A stretch of 64,000 nucleotides of DNA from Candidatus Bathyarchaeia archaeon. Lineage in GTDB: Archaea > Thermoproteota > Bathyarchaeia > Bathyarchaeales > Bathycorpusculaceae. The notes under the pieces are model-generated. The model had not been told where the DNA came from and searched no databases. It saw only the letters and a program-made list of their open reading frames with translations. The stretch covers positions 17,544 through 81,543 of the forward strand of contig JAVZNE010000006.1 of assembly GCA_038882975.1 (NCBI GenBank). The letters run 5' to 3'. Numbering within the stretch: the stretch's first letter is position 1; each line of letters starts with the position of its first letter. Position numbers and translations under genes: made by a program. Shown here one piece after another: positions 36,502 to 46,382 of the stretch.

Positions 36502-37173
36502 TTGGCGAAGATTACATGGTTTGGACATGCCTCCTTTAAAGTCGAGGTAAGCGACAAAACAGTCTTAATTGACCCATGGCTTGATGGAAACCCCGCTTCG
36601 CCCATAAAGGCTTCTGAAATTGAAAAGGCTGACATTGTTTACGTGACCCACGACCACGGCGACCATCTCGGCGACGCCGTAAACATTTGCCGGCGAACCA
36701 ACGCCACTTTTGTCTCAACCTTTGAGCTTGGCAATTATGCGAGCGAAAACGGCGTAAAAGACGTTGTCGGACTAAACATTGGTGGATGCGCAGAAGTTAA
36801 GGGCGTAAAAATCTACATGGTTCAAGCCTTCCACACATGCTCAATGGGCGCGCCAACAGGCGTTGTTGTTGAGGCTGAAGGGAAGAGGGTTTACCACGCT
36901 GGTGATACTGGACTTTTTGGAGACATGAAACTTATTGGGCAGCTCTATAAGCCTAACTTGGCACTATTGCCCATAGGCGGATACTACACCATGGGAGCTT
37001 TGGAGGCAGCTGAAGCCGTTAAACTGTTGAAGCCTAAGGTGGTGATTCCAATGCATTTCAAGACTTTTCCAGTTTTAGCTCAGTCAGCAGAAGAGTTTGT
37101 CAAAAAAGTGAAGGGGAAGGCGCCGAAAGTTAAAGTGGTGGTTCTGAATCCCGGAGAAAGCTACCAATTCTAG
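36502..37173 (+). CDS. UPF0173 metallo-beta-lactamase-fold hydrolase
   Basis: GHASF, THDHGDH, YHAGDT, IPMH. Confidence 0.92.
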   Translation: MAKITWFGHASFKVEVSDKTVLIDPWLDGNPASPIKASEIEKADIVYVTHDHGDHLGDAVNICRRTNATFVSTFELGNYASENGVKDVVGLNIGGCAEVKGVKIYMVQAFHTCSMGAPTGVVVEAEGKRVYHAGDTGLFGDMKLIGQLYKPNLALLPIGGYYTMGALEAAEAVKLLKPKVVIPMHFKTFPVLAQSAEEFVKKVKGKAPKVKVVVLNPGESYQF

Positions 37174-37752
37174 TTAGGCTCTGGGCTTGAAAATCTGTGG
37201 ATAGAGGGTTGCAAACGCGTCTCCGCCCAAATGGAAAATCATTCTAGCTTTTTCTAGGTCATAACCCGCGTCTGTAAAGCATCCTTTGTTTGCGTAGGCT
37301 TCGAGGATTTCACCCACAAAAATTGTGTGGTCCCCCGTCTGAAATTGGCTGTGAAGCCTACACTCCAAGTGGGCGATGCACTCCTTAATTATTGGCGGCT
37401 TAACCTTTCTGGCTGGAAGGGGCGTTAATCCAGCCTCCTTAAACTTGTCATGGTCTTTTCCACTAACCCGCCCACAAGAGAATGTTGCATCCAATATCTC
37501 CATTGTTGGAATGTTTACGACAAACTCCTTTGTTTCTTGGATTAGGCTGTGGGAGTGTCTTCGTGGCGCAATGCTTACAGCCACAAGCGGTGGACTAATG
37601 GAGGTTGGCATAGCCCAAGCCAAAGTGATAATGTTTGGTTTTCCATCCTTACCAACACATGAAACTAGAACCGTGTGCATCGGATGGATAAGCCTAAAAG
37701 CGTTTGACAGACTCACATCACTAACTTCTTTTTCGCGATTCATAATTCTCAA
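37174..37752 (-). CDS. Flavin reductase-like (flavoredoxin) protein
   Basis: EFVVNIP, SGKDHDKF, LEC, GDHTIFVGE. Confidence 0.9.
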   Translation of the reverse strand: MRIMNREKEVSDVSLSNAFRLIHPMHTVLVSCVGKDGKPNIITLAWAMPTSISPPLVAVSIAPRRHSHSLIQETKEFVVNIPTMEILDATFSCGRVSGKDHDKFKEAGLTPLPARKVKPPIIKECIAHLECRLHSQFQTGDHTIFVGEILEAYANKGCFTDAGYDLEKARMIFHLGGDAFATLYPQIFKPRA

Positions 37753-37961
37753 CCTCTCTTGGATTCTCCACGTTAAACCCTAACTCTTTAAATGCTTTTC
37801 CAAAAAGTTTAAACATTTCCAAAGTAAATCAGTAATGGGGAAAAGAGTTGGACTGGCATTAACCTACGGCAAGATTCCCCAAATCTTCATAGCGGATGCA
37901 CTTAAGTTTAAAAACCCTTTTGAAAGTATATTCTTCCCCAATTCAATGGAGGGCGGAAAAT

Positions 37962-39071
37962 TTGGAAGTTGAAGGCAGCGAGAAAACCGTCTTAAACCCT
38001 TTTGGAACGAGTTTTGTTGCAGATTATGAAAGGCTTTACAGGGAGTTTGGAATTGAACCCTTCAAGCCACTGTTGCCAAAGGTGCCTAACCCCTCTATTT
38101 TCATGAGGCGTGGTATAGTTTTTGGACATAGAGATTTCAATAAAGTATTGAATGCCATGCTTAAAGGCGAGGAGTTCGCCGTTCTTAGCGGCATAAAACC
38201 CACAGGCGAGTTCCACCTTGGCACTTTAATGACTGTTAAGGAAATAATCTACTTCCAACAGCATGGCGCCCAAACTTTCTATTGCATAGCCGACATAGAA
38301 GCCTACGAAGACAACAAAATCCCCTTTGAAAAAAGCGAAAAAATCGCAGTGGACAATGTTGCAGACTTGCTCGCGCTTGGTTTCGATCCGAAGAAAGGTT
38401 ATATTTACCGCCAGTCAAAGGAAAGCCACGTTAAAGACTTAGCCATAATTTTTGGAAGAGCCGTCACCCTAGCTACAATGAAGGCGATTTATGGAGAACG
38501 TCACATAGGACTTTACTTGGCTGCCCTAATCCAAGCTGGCGACATACTGCTGCCTCAACTGGAGGAATTTGGCGGACCAAAACCCACAGTTATACCAGTA
38601 GGCGTAGACCAAGACCCTCACATTCGCTTTACAAGAGACCTTGCCCAAATATTCCAGAAAAAGTATGGCTTTATCCTTCCATCGTCAACTTACCATAAGC
38701 TTATGAAGGGTTTGGACGGCTCGCCAAAAATGAGTAAACGCCTAATGAATTATTTCACACTGCACGACAAGCCTGAAGTGATTGCGGAAAGAATTTCAAA
38801 CGCCTTCACTGGCGGAAGAGCCACCATAAAGGAGCAGCGGGAGCTTGGAGGGGTTCCAGAAATATGCCCAATCTACGAAATATGCTTATTCCACTTTGTT
38901 GAAGAAGACGACGAAATCATAAAAACTTACCATGACTGCAAAACTGGGAAGCTTCTTTGCGGAGAACACAAAAAACAGACAATTGACATAGTTCTAAAAT
39001 TTGTTAAGGAACACAAGCGTAGGAAACGGAAATTCATTGACAAAGCCCGCGAAATCCTTCAACTCAAATAG
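37962..39071 (+). CDS. trpS: Tryptophan--tRNA ligase
   Basis: FGHRD, GIKPTGEFHLG, PVGVDQDPH, KMSK, FTGGR, CGEHK. Confidence 0.93.
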   Translation: MEVEGSEKTVLNPFGTSFVADYERLYREFGIEPFKPLLPKVPNPSIFMRRGIVFGHRDFNKVLNAMLKGEEFAVLSGIKPTGEFHLGTLMTVKEIIYFQQHGAQTFYCIADIEAYEDNKIPFEKSEKIAVDNVADLLALGFDPKKGYIYRQSKESHVKDLAIIFGRAVTLATMKAIYGERHIGLYLAALIQAGDILLPQLEEFGGPKPTVIPVGVDQDPHIRFTRDLAQIFQKKYGFILPSSTYHKLMKGLDGSPKMSKRLMNYFTLHDKPEVIAERISNAFTGGRATIKEQRELGGVPEICPIYEICLFHFVEEDDEIIKTYHDCKTGKLLCGEHKKQTIDIVLKFVKEHKRRKRKFIDKAREILQLK

Positions 39072-39262
39072 CATTTTTGAAACTAAAGAATAAACCATAA
39101 ATACTTTGTATGTTGTGTTTAAGTGCGGTGAAGGGATGCCCCGCCAATTTACATGAGAAGCGGTTTTGCTTTCGCTTTTAAAGGGCATAGTTTTAAAACT
39201 CTCCAAAGACTCTTATGTAAGCATTACAGCGCGCTAAGCAGCTTAAAACATAATCTAGGTGT

Positions 39263-40777
39263 TTGAAGATGGCTGGTTTGCGGCTTCATGAAAGAAAAAC
39301 TTTAATGGCGCTGCAGGGGCTTGGCGGAAAAGCCTCTGTGGAAGACATAGCCGAAAAAAGCGGCTTGGCACACGCCGCTGTTATGAGGGCTGCCCTAACC
39401 CTTATAGCGCGTAAACTTGTGAAAGTTCATGAGAGGAAATGGAATGTCGCTACATTAAATGAGGAAGGCGAAGGCTATGCGCAGTACGGCTTGCCAGAGC
39501 GGCGTCTTCTCCGTGCTTTGTTGAGGCTTGGCGGCGAAGTGAATGTGGATGAAGCTGTCAAAGAGGCTGGCTTAGACGCTAGTCTTGTGCCAATTGCTTT
39601 GGGCTGGCTGAAGAGAAAGAATTGGGGGGCGATAAAAGGCAAAAGGTGCATTTTAAATGTGAGAGTCGAGCCGCCGTTTGGGTATGACGAAAAGCTTCTA
39701 GCCACAATTTTCGAGAAGCGCTCCATCACCGTTGACGGTTTAAGCAGAGAGCTAAAAGAAGCCCTAAACATTCTTCGAAGGCGCAAGCTTGTAGATTTAG
39801 AGGAGAAAACCCACCGCGAACTGGAGCTAACAGCGGAAGGCTGGAAAACTGTCAAGAAAGGCTTGGAAATAGTTGAGGAAGTGACTCAACTAACCCCGGA
39901 GCTTATAATTTCTGGGCGTTGGAAAAGCGTGAAACTCACAAGATTTGATGTAGCGGCTCCTGGACCAGCCGTTTATCCGGGCAAGATACACCCACTGCAG
40001 CAGATTATAAAGCGCGCCCGCGAAATTTTCTTGGAGATGGGCTTCACGGAAATTCGTGGTCCACTGGTGGAGACGGCCTTCTGGAACTTTGACGCCTTGT
40101 TCCAGCCTCAAGACCACCCAGCCCGCGAGATGATGGACACGTTTTATTTGGCAAACCCTCAGACCGGACGATTACCATCAAAAAAGCTTGTGGAGGCTGT
40201 GGCAAAAACCCACGAGGACGGCTGGATTACGGGTTCTAAGGGCTGGCGTTACAAGTGGAGTCCAGAAGAAGCCAAGAAGCTTGTTTTGCGAACCCACACA
40301 ACAGCTGAAACAATAAAGTATTTGGCTACGCATAAGAAGCCGCCCATTAAGGTTTTCTCAGTGGATAGGGTTTACCGCAACGAGCAGGTCACATATAAGC
40401 ACCTGGCTGAGTTCCACCAGATTGAGGGCATAGTTGTCGATAAAAGGGTTTCACTCCGCGATTTAATGGGAACCCTAAAAACCTTCTACACAAAATTCGG
40501 CCTTGAAAAGATAGAGTTTTGGCCAAGCTACTTCCCGTATACAGAACCTTCAGCCCAGGCTGTGGCTTACCATCCCAAGCTTAAGCGTTGGATAGAACTT
40601 TGTGGCATGGGAATTTTCCGTCCAGAAGTTTTGGCGCCAGTAGGCGTAAAATATCCAGTTTTGGCTTGGGGAGGAGGCCTAGAACGGTTAGCCATGATTG
40701 AGCTTGGCTTGGATGATGTTAGGCTGTTATACGCGAATAGTTTGGGTTGGCTTAGGAGGACACCCCTATGCCGGTGA
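39263..40777 (+). CDS. pheS: Phenylalanine--tRNA ligase alpha subunit
   Basis: FWNFDALFQPQDHPARE, LRTHTT, EFHQIEG, YFPYTEPS, GLERL. Confidence 0.96.
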   Translation: MKMAGLRLHERKTLMALQGLGGKASVEDIAEKSGLAHAAVMRAALTLIARKLVKVHERKWNVATLNEEGEGYAQYGLPERRLLRALLRLGGEVNVDEAVKEAGLDASLVPIALGWLKRKNWGAIKGKRCILNVRVEPPFGYDEKLLATIFEKRSITVDGLSRELKEALNILRRRKLVDLEEKTHRELELTAEGWKTVKKGLEIVEEVTQLTPELIISGRWKSVKLTRFDVAAPGPAVYPGKIHPLQQIIKRAREIFLEMGFTEIRGPLVETAFWNFDALFQPQDHPAREMMDTFYLANPQTGRLPSKKLVEAVAKTHEDGWITGSKGWRYKWSPEEAKKLVLRTHTTAETIKYLATHKKPPIKVFSVDRVYRNEQVTYKHLAEFHQIEGIVVDKRVSLRDLMGTLKTFYTKFGLEKIEFWPSYFPYTEPSAQAVAYHPKLKRWIELCGMGIFRPEVLAPVGVKYPVLAWGGGLERLAMIELGLDDVRLLYANSLGWLRRTPLCR

Positions 40778-42504
40778 TAACCCTTCACGTGAAGCGCTTT
40801 TCAAGGTTTTTGGGTGGACCAGTAACCGTCGAGGACTTGACAAAGTGGCTTCCATGGGTAGGCTTCGACTTGGAGGAGATCGGCGAAGACTATGTTAAAG
40901 CAGAGTACAACCCAAACCGCATAGACTTCTGCAGCTATGCCGGCGTGGCTCGCGCTTTGAAAGGCTTCTTGGAAATGGAGACTGGAATGCCAAAGTATCA
41001 TGCGGAAGAGTCAAAAACAACACTGAAAGTGGACGGCGCCGTTGCCACTGTTAGGCCTTACATGCTTGCGGCTATAGTCCGCGATGTAAAGTTGGATGAG
41101 GACGCTGTTGTTGAGCTTATGGATATGCAAGAAGACCTCCACTGGGGAGTAGGCAGAGACCGCCGGAAGGCTTCTATTGGCATTCACAACTTGGACGCTG
41201 TTGAGCCCCCATTCACTTACACAGCTGTAGAACCCACAAGCGTCAAGTTCGTTCCGCTTGGCAAGACGGAGGAGATGACGCCGAAAGAGATTCTTGAAAA
41301 ACACGAGAAGGGCGTTGCCTACCGCCACCTAGTCGACTGGTCGCCAAGATATCCCCTCCTAATCGACAAGCATGGGCGGGTTTTGTCCATGCCGCCAATA
41401 ATAAACGGTGAGCTCACAAGGGTCACCGCGGACACGCGAAATCTATTCTTGGATGTTACTGGACCAAGCTTTGAAGCGGTGGAGAAAAGCCTAAAAGTTT
41501 TGGCCACAGCGCTGGCGGACATGGGCGGCAAACTGGAAAAGGTTACAGTGCATTATCCAGACCGCACAGTGGTTTCGCCCAGCCTTGAACCAGAGAAAAT
41601 GAGACTTAGGCTAAACTACGCCAACAAGATGCTCGGCCTAAAAATTTCAGAGGCTGAAGCCGTAAAGTGCCTACAAAAGTGCCGACTGGATGCGGAAGCC
41701 GTTGATAAAGGCGTTCTGGAAGTTTCCATTCCGCCATATCGTATTGACATAATGCACGAGATAGACCTTGTTGAGGAGGTCGCCATAGGCTACGGCTATT
41801 ATAGGCTTGAGCCAACGATACCAGCCACCGTTACTGTCGGCGAAAAGCACCCGGCTAACAGGTTGGCGGATACTGTGCGCCAAATAATGACTGGTTTAGG
41901 CTTCATGGAAGTTATGAACTTTACATTGACAAACGAACGCGTCCACTACACGCTTATGAGGCTAAAACCTAAAAACCCGGTGCGCCTTGCAAACCCAGTG
42001 TCAGCCGAATATACTATCATGCGGGAGATGCTCCTACCAGGACTTTTGAAAAACCTAGCTGAAAACAAGCATGAAAGCTACCCTCAAAAGCTTTTTGAAG
42101 TTTCAGATGTGGCGAAAATAAACCGTCGACTAGAAACTATGTGTGAGAGACGCTTACACTTGGCAGCGGTAACATGCCACTCAACAGCCAACTACACAGA
42201 AATAAAATCCACATGTGAGGCTCTCCTTGCCAACCTAGGCTTAACAAACTGGCAAATAAAAGAGGCGAAACATCCAAGCTTCTTGCAAGGCAGAACAGCC
42301 GCCATCAAAATAGGCGATAAACAAATTGGGGTTCTAGGCGAAGTCCACCCACAAGTCCTAAACAACTTTGAACTAGAAAACCCGACGGCAAGCCTCGAAA
42401 TAGACCTAGAATGGCTAATACAAAGAAAATCTAGAGGGGTATCCAATTTAGCAACCGCCTACAACCTAAAATTGGCGCACGGGTGTAACGATGACTGTCC
42501 ATAA
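40768..42504 (+). CDS. pheT: Phenylalanine--tRNA ligase beta subunit
   Basis: PNRID, QEDLH, SMPPIIN, PPYRIDI..EIDLVEEVAI, GEVHP. Confidence 0.96.
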   Translation: MPVITLHVKRFSRFLGGPVTVEDLTKWLPWVGFDLEEIGEDYVKAEYNPNRIDFCSYAGVARALKGFLEMETGMPKYHAEESKTTLKVDGAVATVRPYMLAAIVRDVKLDEDAVVELMDMQEDLHWGVGRDRRKASIGIHNLDAVEPPFTYTAVEPTSVKFVPLGKTEEMTPKEILEKHEKGVAYRHLVDWSPRYPLLIDKHGRVLSMPPIINGELTRVTADTRNLFLDVTGPSFEAVEKSLKVLATALADMGGKLEKVTVHYPDRTVVSPSLEPEKMRLRLNYANKMLGLKISEAEAVKCLQKCRLDAEAVDKGVLEVSIPPYRIDIMHEIDLVEEVAIGYGYYRLEPTIPATVTVGEKHPANRLADTVRQIMTGLGFMEVMNFTLTNERVHYTLMRLKPKNPVRLANPVSAEYTIMREMLLPGLLKNLAENKHESYPQKLFEVSDVAKINRRLETMCERRLHLAAVTCHSTANYTEIKSTCEALLANLGLTNWQIKEAKHPSFLQGRTAAIKIGDKQIGVLGEVHPQVLNNFELENPTASLEIDLEWLIQRKSRGVSNLATAYNLKLAHGCNDDCP

Positions 42505-42638
42505 GCTTTCTGAATGTTTTGTTTAGAAATGCAGAAGAACAAAATAGCCTTCGTAATCCTCCCCTCAATAGAGTAGAAGATTTTTCCGAAAATTTTAAGC
42601 CAACATCGATAGATTAATGACCGAGGAGATGGGAAAGA

Positions 42639-43115
42639 ATGAAGGTTGCAGGTGAAAAATGGAAGAAGATATTTGAAGGACATAGGCTTGAAATTCTGGT
42701 GGTATCTATTTGCGTTTTACTGTCGGCTTCAATAATAGTTTACGCCTTTGAATACCTTTGGTCTGGTTCAGTTGGTGCTACAATCACCACAGAAGTGGAA
42801 AACATCAAAGTTTATGATCAGCTTGGAAATGAGGTGACTTCAATAAACTTCGGCAATTTAAATCCAAGCTCAATTATAAGCGTGACATTAAAAATAAAGA
42901 ATATTAGCCCAAACGCAACAATCACAATAACTTGGGAGTCAACCGCTTCGAGCGTCACTAACAACAAAATAACAGACTATTGGACATACGGCGGAAACAA
43001 TCTTCATGTGTCGCTATCTCCAGGTCAAGAAATAACAACCACCTATAGAATTTATGTTGCTTCGGATTGCCCATTGCAATCCTATTCTTGGACACTTTAC
43101 ATTATACCTGGATAA
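42639..43115 (+). CDS. Small secreted/anchored beta-sandwich protein
   Basis: One N-terminal hydrophobic helix; T/S/N-rich Ig-like pattern (INFGNLNP, LSPGQ). Confidence 0.6.
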   Translation: MKVAGEKWKKIFEGHRLEILVVSICVLLSASIIVYAFEYLWSGSVGATITTEVENIKVYDQLGNEVTSINFGNLNPSSIISVTLKIKNISPNATITITWESTASSVTNNKITDYWTYGGNNLHVSLSPGQEITTTYRIYVASDCPLQSYSWTLYIIPG

Positions 43116-43142
43116 AAATATCCAAGAAGCGCGGGGCTTTAA

Positions 43143-44627
43143 ATGGATCGCAAGACTACAATAGTGACATGTGTAATTCTTATTCTAATCTTTATCAGTG
43201 CTACAGTTTATGGTGCTTTTGTAAGTCTTTGGAGAGCTTCTGTAACTGTTACCGTTACGGCTGCATCCTTTAAAAAAAGTTTGCAGATTCTCACAAGACC
43301 TTACGTGCCAATCGCAAATTTAACCGTCAACTATGAATTAGTTGGCCAAAGTGGCGGAGAAAATGTCTATAGGATAACTGGTGTTCAACTACGTTTAATC
43401 GGGTATACCGGCTACTACCGAGTTTTTATCCGCGATTCAAGCAAAAACACAATCTGGTCAACATGGGGTTTCTGCGGAACAGGTTTTATCAAAAGTTTTA
43501 CGCCTACATCAAATGTTAAAAGCTCATACGAGATAGGCATATCAATTAAAGGAGTAGACGATATTGCCGCGATTGTAAAACCATTTCTTAAATTCACAGA
43601 CTGGTATATGGAAGCCGCAGAAAAGCTGAGTGAAAACTCGTTTCTCTTGTCACTTATTCTCGACGTTATCAGCAATCTAGCTGATATGCTCAAACCAGAA
43701 GACGTTGACCTATGGGAAGCCACTCCATTAGCTGTCGCTAAATCTTCCGCAGCTCAATTTGACCCGGAAACTCCGCAATGGTCAGAACCAACAAATTTGG
43801 CCAGCCTACTCTTATCCTACTTGCATAGCTCTGGTGAGTTAAGAGTTTATGATTCCATCGAACGTGTAACAGGCCTAATTAATGGAGAGATTGTAGAGGA
43901 GATACCGAACTCAGTATACTTCAACAACACCGTAATCATATTTCCAGCAAATGATTCATACATCTATGAAGTTGCAGGTATAGAAGAAGGATTATACGGG
44001 ATTGTCACAGCCTATATCCCAGAAGAAGAAGGCAGCGCGTTCATTGCCGGAGACATACCTGTTTCATTAAGTACCATACACCGATTTGTCGTTGATTGGG
44101 CTGCCCTTTCCTTGAATGAAGGGGGAGTAATTGTTAAAGATGATTCTAATGCTGATGGGATTTTTGAGCGAGTTTTTGCTTCAGATAATGAACTAGACCA
44201 GGAGGAATTTTCATTAGCCGCTATAAGATTTCATGCAGTTTGGGAAGGCATCTCCTACTCAGTGTTCATTTCAACCAACTCAACAGTGTCAAACTTCGCC
44301 TTCAACCAAAACCGGGCAATTGTCAGCTTTAATCTAAAAGGCGCAACTGGTTCACGCGGCTACTGTAACGTCACTATCCCAACGGCGCTTCTAAAAGGCG
44401 AGCCTTGGACTATTTTGCTGAATGGAACAAACTGGAGTTTTACAGCGACACAAAATGGAAACTACAGTTTCATACACTTCAATTATACTCACGCAAGCAC
44501 GTACGAAGTTGTAATTCAGGGGACATGGGTCGTGCCAGAATTTCCATCAACCGCAATTTTACCATCCTTTATCCTCATAACCTACACCATAATAATTTTA
44601 CTGAAGAAAAGAAGACAAAAACTCTAA
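43143..44627 (+). CDS. Multidomain surface protein with PEF-CTERM anchor
   Basis: Signal peptide; STNSTVSNF..GYCNVTIP domain; VVPEFP + TM + KKRRQK. Confidence 0.72.
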   Translation: MDRKTTIVTCVILILIFISATVYGAFVSLWRASVTVTVTAASFKKSLQILTRPYVPIANLTVNYELVGQSGGENVYRITGVQLRLIGYTGYYRVFIRDSSKNTIWSTWGFCGTGFIKSFTPTSNVKSSYEIGISIKGVDDIAAIVKPFLKFTDWYMEAAEKLSENSFLLSLILDVISNLADMLKPEDVDLWEATPLAVAKSSAAQFDPETPQWSEPTNLASLLLSYLHSSGELRVYDSIERVTGLINGEIVEEIPNSVYFNNTVIIFPANDSYIYEVAGIEEGLYGIVTAYIPEEEGSAFIAGDIPVSLSTIHRFVVDWAALSLNEGGVIVKDDSNADGIFERVFASDNELDQEEFSLAAIRFHAVWEGISYSVFISTNSTVSNFAFNQNRAIVSFNLKGATGSRGYCNVTIPTALLKGEPWTILLNGTNWSFTATQNGNYSFIHFNYTHASTYEVVIQGTWVVPEFPSTAILPSFILITYTIIILLKKRRQKL

Positions 44628-44643
44628 TACCCCAAATTTTTCT

Positions 44644-45801
44644 TCAACTAGCAAAACCGTGCAATTGTCTTCTTTTTCCATGTGTTGCTATGACCAAAAA
44701 GGTCAACGTCATAAAGCTTGTTAAGATTAGGTTTGCTGGAAATTCTGGGATTATAAATAGCAATTGTATTGTGATTTGCTTGTTTGCATCCATGTTTACT
44801 TGTTGTTGCTCAGCGTAGGTTTCGTAGGTGGTCTCTATTGTATAGGTTCCAACCGGATATTCACCTGTGGCGTTGAGCATTTTTTCCATTAACGTTAATC
44901 TTGCCCAACCATTTGTATCAGTTAGTTTTGACTCCGCAATTGAATCGTTTGGATAATAGGCCGTGACGTTTGCGTTCGGGACATCTGCGCCATTTAAGTC
45001 TATAACGTGTGTGTCTAGATACCAAAATATAAAGAGCTGTGAACTGTCATATAGGTTTCTTTCTGTGAAAGAGGAGTTTGTCAGCCAAACTGAAGTTTCA
45101 TCGTATGCGTTGATTCTCTGGATCGTAGAATCCAAAACATGCTGTTGAGAACTACCGTAAGCAACTAACGCTGTTAATGTGCATTCGTAAATCCAAGCGA
45201 CACCGCTCCCATATGTGTTTGAAGCAAAAATTTGACTGCTATGGACACGATTTTCTCCAGAATAAACATTAAAATCATTAATGGAAGAATTAAAAATGAA
45301 AGCGCCGTTTCCGAATACGCTTAAGCCATGGATGCTGAAATTGTAGAAACTTGCTATGTAAACTATTCCTATTGAAAGCCAGCAATAGGCTGTCGGTTGC
45401 GCTCCTATAAACTGAGAATCATAAACGGTGGTTAAGCTGTTACCCGCAAGACGTATGGAATATTTGTAATTTGATATTATTGTTGTGTTTGTGACTTGTA
45501 ATCGCGGAATCCCATTAGAGGGGTTCCTTAGGGTCAAGTTATATTGCCAGTCACTAGACTGTGTAAAGTTAACCACGGCATCTCGCAAGATAAGCGTGGC
45601 GTTTTCTTCAACAATTATACTCCCATTTATATGAAAATCGCCCTCAATGACATAAACATCATTGCCCCTTAAAATTAAGTCTCCCTGATAAGGAATCACG
45701 CCCTCATCGACAAGACCGGCATTTACGAATTGCGCCTGAACCGTGAAACGTACAAGAAAACCCAATGAAAAACAAAGCAAAAAGGTTGCAGCAAACTTCA
45801 T
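44644..45801 (-). CDS. PEF-CTERM surface protein, paralog of the C-terminal two-thirds of 1373..3370
   Basis: YQGDL.L..DVY..G.F.INGSIIV.ENATL and WYLD..V.D..G.DVP.ANVT shared; IIPEFP + TM + basic tail. Confidence 0.75.
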   Translation of the reverse strand: MKFAATFLLCFSLGFLVRFTVQAQFVNAGLVDEGVIPYQGDLILRGNDVYVIEGDFHINGSIIVEENATLILRDAVVNFTQSSDWQYNLTLRNPSNGIPRLQVTNTTIISNYKYSIRLAGNSLTTVYDSQFIGAQPTAYCWLSIGIVYIASFYNFSIHGLSVFGNGAFIFNSSINDFNVYSGENRVHSSQIFASNTYGSGVAWIYECTLTALVAYGSSQQHVLDSTIQRINAYDETSVWLTNSSFTERNLYDSSQLFIFWYLDTHVIDLNGADVPNANVTAYYPNDSIAESKLTDTNGWARLTLMEKMLNATGEYPVGTYTIETTYETYAEQQQVNMDANKQITIQLLFIIPEFPANLILTSFMTLTFLVIATHGKRRQLHGFAS

Positions 45802-46095
45802 ATTGTTTTCCTCCGAAGCCTATCCGCTTTAGTGCTTCTGAACCTCCGCGACGAATCGAACATAATTATTTATAAAATTTCCATTTATTTTTTTGTGGGT
45901 GTTACATTCATATACGCTAAGCCAAGTCGCGTGCGGATCAGCACAAGTACAACTTGCCCCCACAAAATTTCTAGAAAGGGAAGGGGCAGGGAAAATAAGC
46001 TGAAAAACGGTCCTAAATTCCAACCAAAACTCCAACAAATGACTAGTACTTCGGAAACAGCAACATTTAATTCTGTAAAGGCTTAGACTAGAATT

Positions 46096-46330
46096 GGCGA
46101 TGAACCTTTTGCAGAGCCTTAATCCCGCCGGGATAAATCCATGCCGACGGACCCAACAGAGCGGCAAGTGCAAAAACGCTTGTTGCCGTGAAGGCGGGTT
46201 TACCCAAGCATGGGACACCGGCGGGCGCGGGCGCCAAACCTCCCACGCCGGAGAGAGCTTAACCAAGGGGAGCGCATGGCTCCACAATGAGGTTAAGTGA
46301 TAGGTAACGTGGGAGACAATAAGCGCCCGC
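46096..46330 (+). ncRNA. Putative two-hairpin box H/ACA guide RNA
   Basis: Hairpin 1 TCCATGC/GCATGGG + ACA (46215); hairpin 2 CTCCCACG/CGTGGGAG + ACA (46316); each has an internal pocket, an upper stem and K-turn-like GA motifs. Confidence 0.65.
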
Positions 46331-46382
46331 GAAACAACTTTTAAGTTTATGTTTGGCGTAAATGTAGAAGGTTTGACCAGTC

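Noticed and set aside
46096-46330. RNase P RNA or SRP RNA
   Set aside because: No GAGGAA P4 signature or SRP helix-8 motif on either strand; the structure fits H/ACA hairpins better.
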